Shown here: positions 19,436 through 30,800 of the stretch, one piece after another | Layout: every line of letters starts with the position of its first letter | Numbering within the stretch: position 1 is the first letter of the stretch | Assembly (NCBI GenBank): GCA_963813155.1 | Contig: CAWEYG010000001.1 | Span: forward strand, 448,001-512,000 | Origin: an uncultured Acidobacteriota bacterium | GTDB lineage: Bacteria > Acidobacteriota > Thermoanaerobaculia > UBA5066 > DATFVB01 | Length of the DNA stretch: 64,000 nt | Direction: 5' to 3' | Translations under genes and position numbers: made by a program | The notes under the pieces: model-generated | The model's database searches: none | The model's input: the letters and a program-made list of their open reading frames with translations, nothing else | What the model was told of the DNA's origin: nothing

Positions 19436-20146
19436 CTACTCGACCTTTCGGAGCTTCCATCCCCGCAGCGTCGTCTCCCGCACCTCGACGGTTCGGCGCT
19501 GGCCTGGCGGCGTCTCGATGTCCACTGCCACCTCCTGGGCCTTCGGATCGCACCGAAAGACCAACCGGTGCTTGCCGGCCGCGACCGGCAGGTCACCGCT
19601 CTCCTTCCGAATCTTCGTTCGCGCGACGGCCTCGCCGAACTCTCCTTCCGCCGGCTTCGTCAGCGTCGCCAGGAGCTCGCCGTCGAGAAGGCAGGCGCAG
19701 GAGAGCGCGCCTGCTTCTCCGATGAACTCCGCCCTCACCCGGAGAACGCCGGAAGCGGCGGCCGGCGCGGACGGTTTCGGCTCCGCGACCGCGGAGACCG
19801 CGGCCTCGGCGGCCCTCGGTTCGGGACCCCTGGACCCGAGACTCTTCGATTCCGGACTCCTTGGCTCGGGACTTGCCGACCCGGAAGCCTTCGGTGGCGC
19901 CGCTTTCCGGCACGCGATCGCCGCCTCCAGCACGCCGGCCGGGAGCGCGCGCGAGAGGTCGGCGGCGTTGACCGCGTCGACGTCGAAGTCGACGCAATCG
20001 CGTTCGACGATCGCGCGGATCACGCTGGGATCGACTCCGTCCCTCGCCATGGCCGTCAGCTGCGCCTTCGTGACGGGCGCCGCCTCGGAGCGCAGCCCTC
20101 CGAGAGGGAAAATCAGGCCCGCGAACACGATCGGAATTGCCCGCAT
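19436..20146 (-). CDS. Secreted hypothetical protein
   Basis: AAGGAGG RBS, signal peptide, Pro/Ser linker. Confidence 0.65.
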   Translation of the reverse strand: MRAIPIVFAGLIFPLGGLRSEAAPVTKAQLTAMARDGVDPSVIRAIVERDCVDFDVDAVNAADLSRALPAGVLEAAIACRKAAPPKASGSASPEPRSPESKSLGSRGPEPRAAEAAVSAVAEPKPSAPAAASGVLRVRAEFIGEAGALSCACLLDGELLATLTKPAEGEFGEAVARTKIRKESGDLPVAAGKHRLVFRCDPKAQEVAVDIETPPGQRRTVEVRETTLRGWKLRKVE

Positions 20147-20220
20147 GGAACCTCCTTCGACGAAGCGCGGATCGTAGCATTGGACTCGCGTTAAGATCGA
20201 CCGAGCAGGAGGAGCAACCG

Positions 20221-20688
20221 ATGAGTCTGCTCGCAGTCGGCGACAAGGCCCCCGATTTCAAAACGAAGGACCAGGACGGGGAGACCGTTTCCCTGAAGGA
20301 TTTTCGGGGAAGGAAAGTCGTGCTCTATTTCTATCCGAAAGACGACACCCCCGGCTGCACGAAAGAGGCGTGCTCTTTTCGCGACGGCTTCGGCGCCTTT
20401 CGACGGCGCAAGATCGAGGTTCTCGGGGTGTCGGTCGACGACGAGAAATCGCACAAGAAGTTCGCCGAGAAGTACTCGCTGCCTTTCCGCCTGCTCGCCG
20501 ATTCCGACAAGAAGATCGTGAAGGACTACGGCGTCTGGGGAGAGAAGAACATGTACGGGCGCAAGTACATGGGGACACTTCGCGTGACGTACGTCATCGA
20601 CGAGAAGGGCAAGATCGCGGCCGTGTGGCCGAAGGTGAAGCCGGACGGGCACGCGGAAGAGATTCTCGCGGCCATCACGGCTTCGTGA
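20221..20688 (+). CDS. bcp: Peroxiredoxin Bcp/PrxQ
   Basis: [19 protein letters not shown]. Confidence 0.96.
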   Translation: MSLLAVGDKAPDFKTKDQDGETVSLKDFRGRKVVLYFYPKDDTPGCTKEACSFRDGFGAFRRRKIEVLGVSVDDEKSHKKFAEKYSLPFRLLADSDKKIVKDYGVWGEKNMYGRKYMGTLRVTYVIDEKGKIAAVWPKVKPDGHAEEILAAITAS

Positions 20689-21190
20689 GCGCGTAGAGCC
20701 ACTGGTCAAGCACCTTCCCTTCCTTCACGGCGCTCGAGCGCATCACCGCCTCCCGGACGAACCCGGCCTTCTCAAGCACCCGGGCCGAGGCGAGGTTCGT
20801 CGCGAACGGAACGGCGAAGACCCGCACCATCCCGAGCTCGCGGAACGCGTACGCGACCGTCGCCGAAAGCGCGGCGGTTGCGATTCCCTTTCCCCAGAAC
20901 GGCTCGCCGAGCCAGTAGCCGATCTCCGCGGAGAGCCGCTCCACGTCGATGCCGGGCTTCATCCCGATGCCGCCGATCGCCGCCCCGTCCGCCTCGATCG
21001 CGAAATCGACCTCGGGCTTGCACGCCGTCGCGAACTCGATCCACTCCCGCGCCGCTTCGCGCGTGTACGGGTGCGGAAAGCGGTCCCGCAGGTTTTGCCA
21101 GATCCGGATGTTGTTGCCGTGTCGCACGACGGAATCCACGTCCGACTTCTTCCACGACCGCACCCTGCAGATTCCGCAATCGAGCTCCAC
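20675..21190 (-). CDS. GNAT acetyltransferase (RimJ/RimL-like)
   Basis: [34 protein letters not shown]. Confidence 0.92.
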   Translation of the reverse strand: MELDCGICRVRSWKKSDVDSVVRHGNNIRIWQNLRDRFPHPYTREAAREWIEFATACKPEVDFAIEADGAAIGGIGMKPGIDVERLSAEIGYWLGEPFWGKGIATAALSATVAYAFRELGMVRVFAVPFATNLASARVLEKAGFVREAVMRSSAVKEGKVLDQWLYALTKP

Positions 21191-21192
21191 GG

Positions 21193-21747
21193 CTACCCTT
21201 CCTTCCTTTCCGCGCGCCGCTTGATCGCCCGGAGCCACATCCGCCGAATGAATCCGCTGCCGGGGCGAATCACCCTCCAGTAGCGGGCGAAACGCCGCCG
21301 GGACACGGCGTCCGTCGCGAAGACCCGCGTCTCGGTGCGGACGACGCAGAAGGACCGGCCAGTTTCTTCGATCGAGAAGTTCATCGCGGCCAACGCGAAC
21401 CCGGGCCCGCGGACCGCCTCAAACTCTTCGGGCGTGGAAATCCCCGCGGCGCCTTTCGGGGCGATGACAACCGTGCCCACGACGAGCTCTCGGTTGGGCC
21501 GATCCGAAAGCGCCAGAAACGTCGTCCGGGTCGCGACGTCGAGGATCGGAACGTGGCCGGGAGGATTCAGAATCCCTTCCACAGCCGGCTTCCCGAATCT
21601 TCGGACCCACGTCAGCGTCTGGAAGAGAAAGATCTCTCCCGCAGTGACGTTCCGAATCGCGTCGTCCACGCGTTCCACCGGCGCCGCGATCGCGATCGAA
21701 TGCCGCTCCTGAAACTGATACTCCGGAACGAAGCGATCGAGATCCAC
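21193..21747 (-). CDS. Hypothetical protein (DUF2867-like)
   Basis: LD.F.PEYQF.ERH, TETRV.ATD, F.RYWRVI.PGSG.IRR.WL. Confidence 0.7.
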   Translation of the reverse strand: MDLDRFVPEYQFQERHSIAIAAPVERVDDAIRNVTAGEIFLFQTLTWVRRFGKPAVEGILNPPGHVPILDVATRTTFLALSDRPNRELVVGTVVIAPKGAAGISTPEEFEAVRGPGFALAAMNFSIEETGRSFCVVRTETRVFATDAVSRRRFARYWRVIRPGSGFIRRMWLRAIKRRAERKEG

Positions 21748-21760
21748 GCGGCGATTATGT

Positions 21761-22165
21761 CAGGGCCTCCCTCGGCCCAATGCGAGCCCAGCCCCAGCGC
21801 CGGCTCGGCAAGCGGGTCCTGTCGCGGGACTCGCTCCTCTTTTCCGCTCGCCGCTAGCCGGAGGACTTTGCTACACCCGCGTTGCGAGCGGCAAAAGGGA
21901 GTCTCGCCCCGCACCACCCGCTCTCTCTTGCGCCGGCGCGTTGGCCCCGACGCTCGCGGCCGGGGTTTTGCAGCGGCGCGCAGGCGGTTCCGAGGAGCCG
22001 AAAAGTGTGTGTGAGCTGGATGTCTTCAACTCGAAGTCTGAAAGCCCCCCTTGGTGAGAGGTTGCCGAAGTGAAGCCCGATGTTGCGAGTTCTTTTCGGC
22101 GAGCGAGGAACTGCCGAGTGCCGCTGTGGGGCTCGTGGCCGCGAGCGGGCTGAGCGAAGCCCCTA
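21761..22165 (+). repeat. Mosaic MITE-like element, copy B
   Basis: Left CAGGGCCTCCCTCGGCCC, right CGGGCTGAGCGAAGCCCCTA; modules m1, m2 and inverted m3. Confidence 0.8.
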
Positions 22166-22248
22166 CTCTGCCGTCCGGCGCAGCTCATCGATGAAAAGCG
22201 ACGAAGCCTTTTTCCGGGGATATCATCGAACTCGCTGGAGGATCATCG

Positions 22249-22872
22249 ATGCGTCTTCGCACGTTCCTGTTCGCCGCCACCGCCTTCGTCCTCGCCGCTT
22301 CGAGCGCGCTTTCCGCGGCGGACAAGCCGCGCTTGGAGAAGGCGACGTTCGCGGGCGGGTGCTTCTGGTGCACGCAGCACGACTTCGAGGAGGTGCCCGG
22401 GGTCTTTTCCGTCACGGCCGGCTACACGGGGGGCCGCGAGCCCAACCCCACCTACGAGCAGGTCGGCCGGCACGAGACCGGCCACGCGGAATCGGTCGAG
22501 GTCCTGTTCGACCCCTCGAAGATCACGTACCGGCAGCTCGTCGACCGGTTCTGGCGCCTTGTCGACCCCACGACCGAGGACCGTCAGTTCTGTGACTGGG
22601 GAGGAGTCGGCGGCCCTTACCGCTCCGAAATCTTCTACCACTCCGAAGAGCAGAAGAAGATCGCGGAAGAATCGAAGCGCGACGTCGAGAGGACGAAGAC
22701 GTTCAAGGAGCCGATCCTGACGAAAATCACGCCGGCCGCCGCGTTCTACCCGGCCGAAAAGTACCACCAGGACTACTGGAAGAAGAACCCGATCGAGTAC
22801 CACCGGTACCGCAGCGGCTGCGGTCGCGACGCGCGCCTGAAGGCGTTGTGGGGTGCGAGCGCAGGAAGGTGA
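22249..22872 (+). CDS. msrA: Peptide-methionine (S)-S-oxide reductase with signal peptide
   Basis: FAGGCFWC, GYTGG, PTYEQV, GHAE, YHQDY. Confidence 0.95.
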   Translation: MRLRTFLFAATAFVLAASSALSAADKPRLEKATFAGGCFWCTQHDFEEVPGVFSVTAGYTGGREPNPTYEQVGRHETGHAESVEVLFDPSKITYRQLVDRFWRLVDPTTEDRQFCDWGGVGGPYRSEIFYHSEEQKKIAEESKRDVERTKTFKEPILTKITPAAAFYPAEKYHQDYWKKNPIEYHRYRSGCGRDARLKALWGASAGR

Positions 22873-22882
22873 CTCAGAACCG

Positions 22883-25393
22883 CTAGGGCCGAACTCCACG
22901 TATCGGAGCGGGATGGAGCGGAGCGATCGGACTCAGTCTGGGCGGATTCTGGACCGTCAGGAAGTAGCTTCGTCGACCGGTGCAACCGTTCGAGTCTCGC
23001 GCGAGAACGACGAAATGAAAGGTTCCCACGTTCGTCGGAGTACCCTGCAACAAGCCGAGGGGCTCGTCGAAGGTGATGCCAGGCGGCAACTGCCCCGATA
23101 GGAAAGTGTACGAATACCCCCCCGAACCTCCCGACGCGATCAAAGGAACGAGCAACGGACGCCCCTGCGACGCTGGCCCGATGAACCGAGGTCCAAGAGC
23201 GATCTGAGTCTCTTCGAAAAAATAACCGATCGGATTTGCACCCTCGTCGTCGCCAGACACAATGTCGACTGTTCCGTCCCCGTCGAGATCACAAAATGCA
23301 AACACGCTGTCGACGCCGTTGGTGGATACAAACCTTTCTGGACTCTTAAAAACGCCGCCGCCATCTCCCCGGAAGATCGCGAAACCGGAATTGAGAGGCG
23401 CGAAGAGATCGAGGACGCCGTCCCCGTCAAAATCGATCGCTCGGGAGACCCTTTCGGCGATCGAAAAGAACTGGCCCGCCCGGAGTGAACGGTTCCGATT
23501 TCCGAAGAAGATTCCCAGTCCGAGATCGAGTCCACTCGCAGCGTCGAAGGGCCGAATCAAATGGACAGCCATGTCGTCAACGCCGTCGGAGTTGAAATCC
23601 CCGATCGCAATCGACACAGGCTCGCCGGGCACGGGGAGCCGGACCTCCGGCCCAAAGGTCCCATCCCCGTCTCCGTAAAACACGGAAATCAGGGGGGGAG
23701 GCCGGACACCTTCGTTCTCGGCGTCATAAAGGCAAACATCCTGCTTCCCGTCGCCATCGAGGTCGCCCAATGCGAGCAGCGTCGCCGGTCCGCTCAGCGG
23801 AATGGACTTGACGAGACGGAAGCTGCCGTCGCCGTTTCCCAGATATACGATGAAGCTCGGTGGGCCGTCCGTCGCGACGATCAAATCGAGTATGCCGTCG
23901 GAGTTCACGTCCCCCACCGCGGTGCGAATACCCGACGCAGGGAATCCGAAAAAGCGGGAGCTCTCGAACGTGCCGTCTCCGCGACCGAGAGCCACGCCAT
24001 AGCCTGGTTGGCCTCCCGGGCCGGACGCAGGAAAGCCGAGGTCGAGATTCCCGTCGCCATTGAAGTCGCCGACCGCAGGCGCTCCCCACATGCCGGCTAC
24101 GGCTTCCTGGGAAACCGCGATGATGGAATACGCGCCGAGACCGTTTCCGAGGTAAAGGGCCGGGGGATCGGAAGCGAAAATGTCCGGGATCCCGTCGTTG
24201 TTAAAATCTCCCGCCGCGACGAAGCCGGTTCCCGGGAGTTCGTCCGGCGCCGCCATCTCTCCTCCCTGGCTAACGGGAACCGAAAATGCGGAGGATTGCC
24301 CGTATCCACCCGAGGTGACGATCTCTCGAACGTTGTCGTCATTCACGCCGACCATGAAAGCGGAGCCGGAGCGAGTCACGTAGCTCAACGGGTTCTCGAA
24401 CACACCCCGTCCACGCCCGAGGAAGACTTGGACGATTCCGCTCACTGGCGCGAGCACGACAATATCGGGAACGCGATCACCATTGCAGTCGAACGACGTG
24501 AGGACATCGCCGTCCGAGACCGTCGGAAAGCTCGCAAGAAAGCGAAATCCTCCGGATCCGTCGCCCGCAAAAATCTCGACGGCGTAGCCCACGACACCGG
24601 CCAGATCAGGAATGCCGTCACCATCGAAGTCGGAAAGAACGACACCGGGTCCCAGCCCCTCGACATCGCTGACGATCGCGGCAGAGAAGTCGGTCCCAAT
24701 CGTGAGAAAGGCGGAGGCCCTTTCGCCCAGAACGAGGACGTCCGGTCGGCCGTCGTTGTTCAGGTCGGACACGGCGAGTCCCGTGCCCCCCATATCGACC
24801 AACCTCGGCATTCCCGCGTTGAATTCGCCGTTCCCGAGACCACGAAGAAGGACGAGGCGCGAAGCGGATCCGTCGGAAGTCAGGACTGCGAGATCGAGCC
24901 TTCCATCGAGATCGAAGTCCGCGGACGCGAAACCGCGACAGGAAACCCCGATCGGACCCGCGGGAATGCTGTCTGCCGCCGAGCGCAAGGGCTGCCCGAA
25001 GGTGCCATCGCCATTTCCCTTCAGGACCGCGACCTCGTCCTCCGACGCGAGAAGAACCGCAAGATCGGGTTTTGAATCGCCGTCGAAGTCCCCCACCGCG
25101 ACAGCGTCCACATTCGACGAAAGCGTCAACAGACCCGGGGGCCCGAATCCGCCATTTCCGGTTCCGAGCATGACCGAGATGCTCGGTCCGGAAGTAACGA
25201 CCAAGTCAGGGTGACCGTCGCCGTTGAGATCGCCGGAGATCATTCCAGTAGGTTCCGTCAACCCCGTCGGGTAGGGGATCGGATTGTGAAAGCTGAATGG
25301 GCAATCGGCCGCAGCAGAGATGCCACATGGCATGGTAAGGATCGCAAGCGTCGCCACAGGAAGGAAGGCTCGGAATACCAGGGTCGATTTCAC
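22883..25393 (-). CDS. FG-GAP/VCBS repeat secreted protein with C-terminal Ig-like domain
   Basis: Many GDFNGDG..D repeats; GQLPPGITF...GTPT Ig-like segment. Confidence 0.88.
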   Translation of the reverse strand: MKSTLVFRAFLPVATLAILTMPCGISAAADCPFSFHNPIPYPTGLTEPTGMISGDLNGDGHPDLVVTSGPSISVMLGTGNGGFGPPGLLTLSSNVDAVAVGDFDGDSKPDLAVLLASEDEVAVLKGNGDGTFGQPLRSAADSIPAGPIGVSCRGFASADFDLDGRLDLAVLTSDGSASRLVLLRGLGNGEFNAGMPRLVDMGGTGLAVSDLNNDGRPDVLVLGERASAFLTIGTDFSAAIVSDVEGLGPGVVLSDFDGDGIPDLAGVVGYAVEIFAGDGSGGFRFLASFPTVSDGDVLTSFDCNGDRVPDIVVLAPVSGIVQVFLGRGRGVFENPLSYVTRSGSAFMVGVNDDNVREIVTSGGYGQSSAFSVPVSQGGEMAAPDELPGTGFVAAGDFNNDGIPDIFASDPPALYLGNGLGAYSIIAVSQEAVAGMWGAPAVGDFNGDGNLDLGFPASGPGGQPGYGVALGRGDGTFESSRFFGFPASGIRTAVGDVNSDGILDLIVATDGPPSFIVYLGNGDGSFRLVKSIPLSGPATLLALGDLDGDGKQDVCLYDAENEGVRPPPLISVFYGDGDGTFGPEVRLPVPGEPVSIAIGDFNSDGVDDMAVHLIRPFDAASGLDLGLGIFFGNRNRSLRAGQFFSIAERVSRAIDFDGDGVLDLFAPLNSGFAIFRGDGGGVFKSPERFVSTNGVDSVFAFCDLDGDGTVDIVSGDDEGANPIGYFFEETQIALGPRFIGPASQGRPLLVPLIASGGSGGYSYTFLSGQLPPGITFDEPLGLLQGTPTNVGTFHFVVLARDSNGCTGRRSYFLTVQNPPRLSPIAPLHPAPIRGVRP

Positions 25394-25485
25394 CAGGAAA
25401 CGCGGTTCCTTTCGTCACACTTGCTTTCTCCGAAGCCACTCCGGAGAAAAACGGGAAAACCTCGCTGCGTTCCCCGAAATTCCGA

Positions 25486-26355
25486 CTATTTCTCCAGCCG
25501 GATCCCCTTCCCGAGCTTCGCCTTCTCCGGGACGAGACGGTCGCCCTCGACCGGGATCTCGAAAAGAACTTCCGGATCCGAATACGCGCGAACCCGGATC
25601 GAGAAGCCGCCGATCTTCGCCGGGTCCGGGCTCTTGTCCGCGGCCCACACGTCGAACCGGTCCTCTTCGGCTTCCTTCCCGTTCGCGACGATCGAGAGCC
25701 TTTTCGCCGCGAAGTTCTCCGGGGGCTCCGGCTTGTCAGCGAGGACGTACAGGCGCGACGCCGGCTCTCGGTCGCTCCCGTACTCGAGCAGGCCGACGAC
25801 GCCCTTGTGCTTCGCCGGATCCGGAACCGCCGAGGCGGCCATGAGGTCGTGGTAGGCGACGAATCTCCGAAACGAGGTATTCGGCGCCTCGAGCCTCAGG
25901 ATCGGTGCGTCGGACGCAAAGAGCTCCTTCCCGTTGATGAGGCTGAAATAGATCGAGAGATCCTGCGCACCGCAGCAGCCCGGCCGCGTAACCCGGTACA
26001 CGTTCTCTTCGGTCGCCTCGCCGGAAGAGCCTCCCGCCGCGATCTTCCAAATCGCTTTTCCGGACGCGTCGTCCGCCCGGGACGCCTCGACGGAGACTTT
26101 CGATTTCTCCCCTTCCGCACCCGAGTCGAGCGTGCGGTCGAACGTCTCCGCGAGCAGCAGATCGACCTTCCTGAACCTCTCGGGGTAGGTCGTCGCAAAC
26201 GTGAAGCGGCGGTTCACCGTGTGTGCGATCCGCCGCCCGTCCTTTTCTTTCCACGTTTCCGCCGTGGAGGAGGCTTCGCGATGGACCTTCAGGGCCGGCG
26301 GCGCCGCGCCGAGGAATACGAGTCCTGCCAGGGGAACCAGAAATTTCTTGTTCAT
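25486..26355 (-). CDS. Secreted hypothetical protein
   Basis: MNKKFLVPLAGLVFL signal; GCCG motif. Confidence 0.7.
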   Translation of the reverse strand: MNKKFLVPLAGLVFLGAAPPALKVHREASSTAETWKEKDGRRIAHTVNRRFTFATTYPERFRKVDLLLAETFDRTLDSGAEGEKSKVSVEASRADDASGKAIWKIAAGGSSGEATEENVYRVTRPGCCGAQDLSIYFSLINGKELFASDAPILRLEAPNTSFRRFVAYHDLMAASAVPDPAKHKGVVGLLEYGSDREPASRLYVLADKPEPPENFAAKRLSIVANGKEAEEDRFDVWAADKSPDPAKIGGFSIRVRAYSDPEVLFEIPVEGDRLVPEKAKLGKGIRLEK

Positions 26356-26408
26356 GCTGTAGGAAAGTCTATTCGCTTTGTCGGCCGCCCGAGAGGCGAA
26401 GCGGCCGT

Positions 26409-27113
26409 TCAGACCGGGATCTGCGCGCCCGTGATGATCCGGGCGTCCGGCCCGGCGAGGAACACGATGACGCGCGCGATGTCTTCCGGTTTCGTCCAGG
26501 TGGAGAAATCCGCGTCCGGCATCGACTTTCGGTTCGCGGGCGTGTCGATCGTCGAAGGCAGCACGGCGTTGACGGTTACTCCCGACGGCTTCAGCTCCGC
26601 GGCCATCGCTTCCGTCAGCTGAAGGAGCGCGCGCTTCGAGGCGGCGTACGCCGCGATCTTGTCGCCGCTCCCGAGCGCCGCCCGCGCCGAGACGTTCACG
26701 ATCGCGCCGCCCCCGCGCGACATCATCTGTCGGGCCGCGGCATGCGAAGCGAGAACGGCCGTCTTGAGGTTGACGTCGAGCATCGCCTGCCACGTCGCCC
26801 AGGGCGTTTCCCCGACGGAAGTGCCGCCGGCGAAAGACCCGGCCGCGTTGACGAGAGCGTTCACGCTGCCGGTCTCGGACCTCGCGTGCTCGAAAAACGC
26901 CGCAACGGCCGCCTCGTCGGTCAGGTCGACGGCAGAACCGGAAAGCGGCGCGTCGGCGCTCGCCCCGATCCTGGCCCGCAGGCTCTCGAGCTCCCCTTCT
27001 TTGAAGTAGGGCACGACGACCCGCGATCCCGCGTCAAGAAAACCCTTCACAACGGCGCTCCCGAGCGCACCCGCTCCCCCCGTGACGACGGCGACCCGTC
27101 CCTGCATGGTCAT
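26409..27113 (-). CDS. SDR oxidoreductase
   Basis: TGGAGALG, YAASK, NAVLPSTIDTPANR. Confidence 0.93.
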   Translation of the reverse strand: MTMQGRVAVVTGGAGALGSAVVKGFLDAGSRVVVPYFKEGELESLRARIGASADAPLSGSAVDLTDEAAVAAFFEHARSETGSVNALVNAAGSFAGGTSVGETPWATWQAMLDVNLKTAVLASHAAARQMMSRGGGAIVNVSARAALGSGDKIAAYAASKRALLQLTEAMAAELKPSGVTVNAVLPSTIDTPANRKSMPDADFSTWTKPEDIARVIVFLAGPDARIITGAQIPV

Positions 27114-27154
27114 CGGCCCTAGTCTAGCAGGCTAGTCCCTTCGCTTTCCCGTGT

Positions 27155-27183
27155 TTGACACAGCGCCAGTCGGGAGCTATACC
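27155..27183 (+). promoter_or_regulatory. Sigma70-type promoter
   Basis: TTGACA-N17-TATACC. Confidence 0.65.
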
Positions 27184-27220
27184 AGCGCCTCAGCGATTAT
27201 CTGGAAAAGAGGAGGAAGGC

Positions 27221-27736
27221 ATGAGGAAATCTCGGACACTCGCCCTCGCGCTCGGAGCGCTCGTCTCGATCGCCGCGATCACTTCGGCCGCGGACGAAAT
27301 GAAACCGCCCGCGGCGCCGGTCAACGCGACTTTCCAGCGCCTGAAGGCGCTCGTCGGAAACTGGAACGGCATGGCCGGCGGCAAGCCCGTGTCGGTGACG
27401 TACACGCTCGTCTCGGACGGCTCAGCGCTCATGGAGAGGCTGCATCCGGGCGAGGGAGAAGACATGATCTCGATGTATTCGCCGGACGGCGACGGCGTCA
27501 TGATGACGCACTACTGCACCATGCACAATCAGCCGCGCATGCGGGCAGCGGCCTCGACGAGCGGCCCGATCGAGTTCGCGTTCGTCGACGCAACGAACCT
27601 GGCGAAACCCACCGACCCGCACATGGACCACGTCAAAGTGAATATCGCCGACGACGGAAAGTTCTCGCAGGAGTGGGCGTTCCGAATGGGCGACGGCGTC
27701 AAGTCAGAGCTCTTCTCCTACACCCGGTCGAAGTAA
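27221..27736 (+). CDS. Secreted hypothetical protein (THYC..NQPRM family)
   Basis: AGGAGG RBS, signal peptide, F..LK.L.G.W, MTHYC..HNQPRM. Confidence 0.8.
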   Translation: MRKSRTLALALGALVSIAAITSAADEMKPPAAPVNATFQRLKALVGNWNGMAGGKPVSVTYTLVSDGSALMERLHPGEGEDMISMYSPDGDGVMMTHYCTMHNQPRMRAAASTSGPIEFAFVDATNLAKPTDPHMDHVKVNIADDGKFSQEWAFRMGDGVKSELFSYTRSK

Positions 27737-27825
27737 CTCCCCCTCCGGGCGGCCCGCCGGCCCGCGGCAGGCCGCCCCCATTTCGTTTAAGATCCTCGGG
27801 AAGCCCCGTTTGTCCAAGGTCACGA

Positions 27826-30800
27826 ATGAACGCCGCCCTCGCGTTGCTCGTCGCACTGACATCGGCCTCTGGCCCGAGAGCCGGTTCGGCAATTCGCGGC
27901 CGAATCGTCGGAAGCGACGGAAATCCCGCGGTCGGCGTGAGGATCGTCGCCCGGGAGTCGATCACCGAGGCGGAGCTCGCCGCGCTTCGTGACGCCGGAA
28001 AGGATCGTGGAGAAGCCGGGCGGACCGTCACCGGTCCCGACGGGAGACTCGAGCTCCATCTCCCGCCGGGAGACTACCGGATCGAGCTCTCGGGAAAAGA
28101 TCTTGCCGACGGCTCATTCGACTCGCGGCTCGACCCCGGAGAAATCGACGACGTTGGCGAGGTCGAAATTCCTGCCGCGAGGCCGTTTTCAGGAACTGTC
28201 ATTGACGCCGGCGGCCGGCCCTCCTCCGGCGCCCGCGTGACGATCCGATCGGGCGAAGAAGAATCTGGCCTCACCTTGACGACGACCGCATTGACCGGCC
28301 CGGACGGGAAATTCACTGCGACCGGGGCCGGGGAGCGTGTCGACAGGATCGAAGCGGTGGCGCCCGGTTCACCGTCCCATTTGGTGTTTCGATTTGGAAG
28401 CACGTCATCCCGCCCCGACTCGTTCATTCGACTCGAGCCCGGCCGCCGCGTTCTCGGGCAGGTTCGGCGCCCGAACGGCGCACCCGCGGCCGGCGCGCTG
28501 GTCTTCGCCTCCGGCCACGCGACGCGAACGCAGGAGGACGGCTCCTTTTCGCTCGACGGGGTCTCCAAAGACCCGGGCCCCGTCGTCTCAACCGATGGCG
28601 ATCTTCGCGGCTCGGTGCGGCTCTCCCGGGGAAAGGAATCGGTTCCCATCGCAATCCGCCTGGCGGAGACCACACGTCTTTCCGGGAGCATCGTCGACGC
28701 CGTCACGCGGCGGCCGGTAGCGCGCGCGCGGGTCCGGCTCAGAAACGTCGAAAGAATCGCTTACTCCGACGGAAAAGGACGGTTCCAGCTTGACGGGCTC
28801 GTCGCCGGAACGGAGTTCCTCTCGGCCGACCGGAAGGACTATGTCGCGTCACCGTTTCGGTCGGTCGAGCTTCAAGGGACCGGGAACCGCGCGGATATCG
28901 CCCTCATTCCTGGGGCTGTTTTCGAAGGCCGCGTCCTCGATCCGAGCCGCAAGCCGGTTGCAGGCGTCCGGATCGACTCGGAGCGCGGTTCCCCGGCCGT
29001 CCGCAGCCGAAAGGATGGAACGTTCTCGATTCTTGCCGACGCGCGCTCGGTCGTGACACTCACCGCGAGGGCACGGGGATTCGCACCCGCCGTCGTGGCG
29101 GGCCTGCGCGCCCCTCCGGGCGGACGCCGGACGGGAATCCTGATCTCTCTCGCTCACGGCGTTTCGATGTCCGGCCGCGTGGTGGACGGGTCGGGGAAAC
29201 CGGTCGGCGGCGCGAAGGTCCAATACCGGGAAGAGATCCGCGGACGACATTCCTCGGGCTCGGGCCTCGGCCACGGCGATCCGGACTTCGTCGTGACCGG
29301 AGCCGACGGACGCTTTCGTCTCGAGAATCTCCCTTCCACGACGCTCAACCTGACCGTGACGCACGCCCCAAACGCCACGAAAATCGTTTCCGGCGTTCGG
29401 GTGGCGTCCTCGCCGCCGATCCCGGACATCGTGCTCTCGCCCGCGGCGCCGGTGGAGGGCTTCGTGCGTGACGACAAAGGAAACCCCGTCGCCGCGGCGA
29501 CGGTTCAGGCCCACGCCGCGGATGCCGACGAGAGGGCCGAAACTGGCGCCGACGGCGCCTTTCGCTTCGTCACCTTCGCCGCCGGCGCGCAGCCGACGAT
29601 CTTCGCGTACGCGGTTGGGTACTCGCTGGCGACCCGCTCGTGCAGGGCCCCAGCCGCGGGAATCGTCGTCGTGCTTTCTTCGGACGGCATCGTGCGGGGA
29701 ACCGTCGAAGACGCCGCGACCGAGACAACCAATCCCGGTCTTCTCGGCCGGCTGGGGAACTCCCCGACGGAGCTCCGGCATGGTCTGGACGATGGGGCAG
29801 GAGAAGTTCGAATCGGAAGACGGTTCCTTCGAGCTCCGCGTGCAGCCCGGAACCGGTGCCGTCACCGTTTCGGCCCCCGGCTACCAGGATTCGAGCGTTG
29901 GGGGCATTGTCGTCGACGCCGGAGAAACCCGGGACGGCGTGATCTGCTCGCTCCACCCGGGCTCGCGACTGGCCGGCCGCGTGATCGACGAATCGAGCGG
30001 AGCGCCGATTCCCGCCGCGAATGTCTCCTGGGCCTTTGCCGGCAGCCTCGGCCTGGGCGATTCCATGCGATGGGACTTCGACAACGCGACTTCGACCGAC
30101 GCCGACGGCCGGTTCGAGTTCGCCGGCCTTCCGCCGGGAGAAAAGATCACGCTGCAAGCGACCGACTTCGCGCACGCGCCAGCCTCGCTCGACATCACGA
30201 CGGGCGGCGGCTCCGGGGTAGAAATTCACATGTCATCCGGCGGCCGAATCGACGGGCGCGTGCTCGATTCCTCCGGGCGAGCCGTACCGGGCGGCAGCGT
30301 CGAGCTCACGCCGCTCGGGGGAGACGCGTTTTCGGAGGATGGAACGATCAGCGACGCGTCGGGAAGCTTCCAGTTCGACCGTCTGAAGACAGGCACGTAC
30401 CGGCTCCAGGCTCGTCTCGGGTCGAACCGCTCGCGGCCCCAGGAGGTCACGGTCGCGCCCGATGCGCTTTCTGCCACGGTCGTCCTCACGCTCACGTCGG
30501 GAGCGACGATCACGGGCCGCGTGACGGGGCTCTCAGCTCTCCGAGCTCGCGTCCGCGCGGCTGTTTGCGTCTTCGAACGACGCAGCTTCAACGAAACCGC
30601 GACGCCCGACGCGTCCGGAAATTACGAGATCGACGGTGCGCCCTCGGGCGCGGTAAAAGTGACGGCGACCGTGCGCGGCCCTGCAAGGGCGATCGATGTC
30701 CCGATCGGCCGAAGTCGCCGAGGACGCGACCCGGGTCGAGGTCGACCTCGACTTCCCGGCCGGCAGCTCGCTTTCCGGAACCGTCACCCGCGGCGGCCGG

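Noticed and set aside
21612-22188. Recurring short ORFs of the type MARGETPFCRSR.. (also 33064, 39821, 41949)
   Set aside because: Translations of the non-coding repeat modules; frames and lengths are not conserved between copies.
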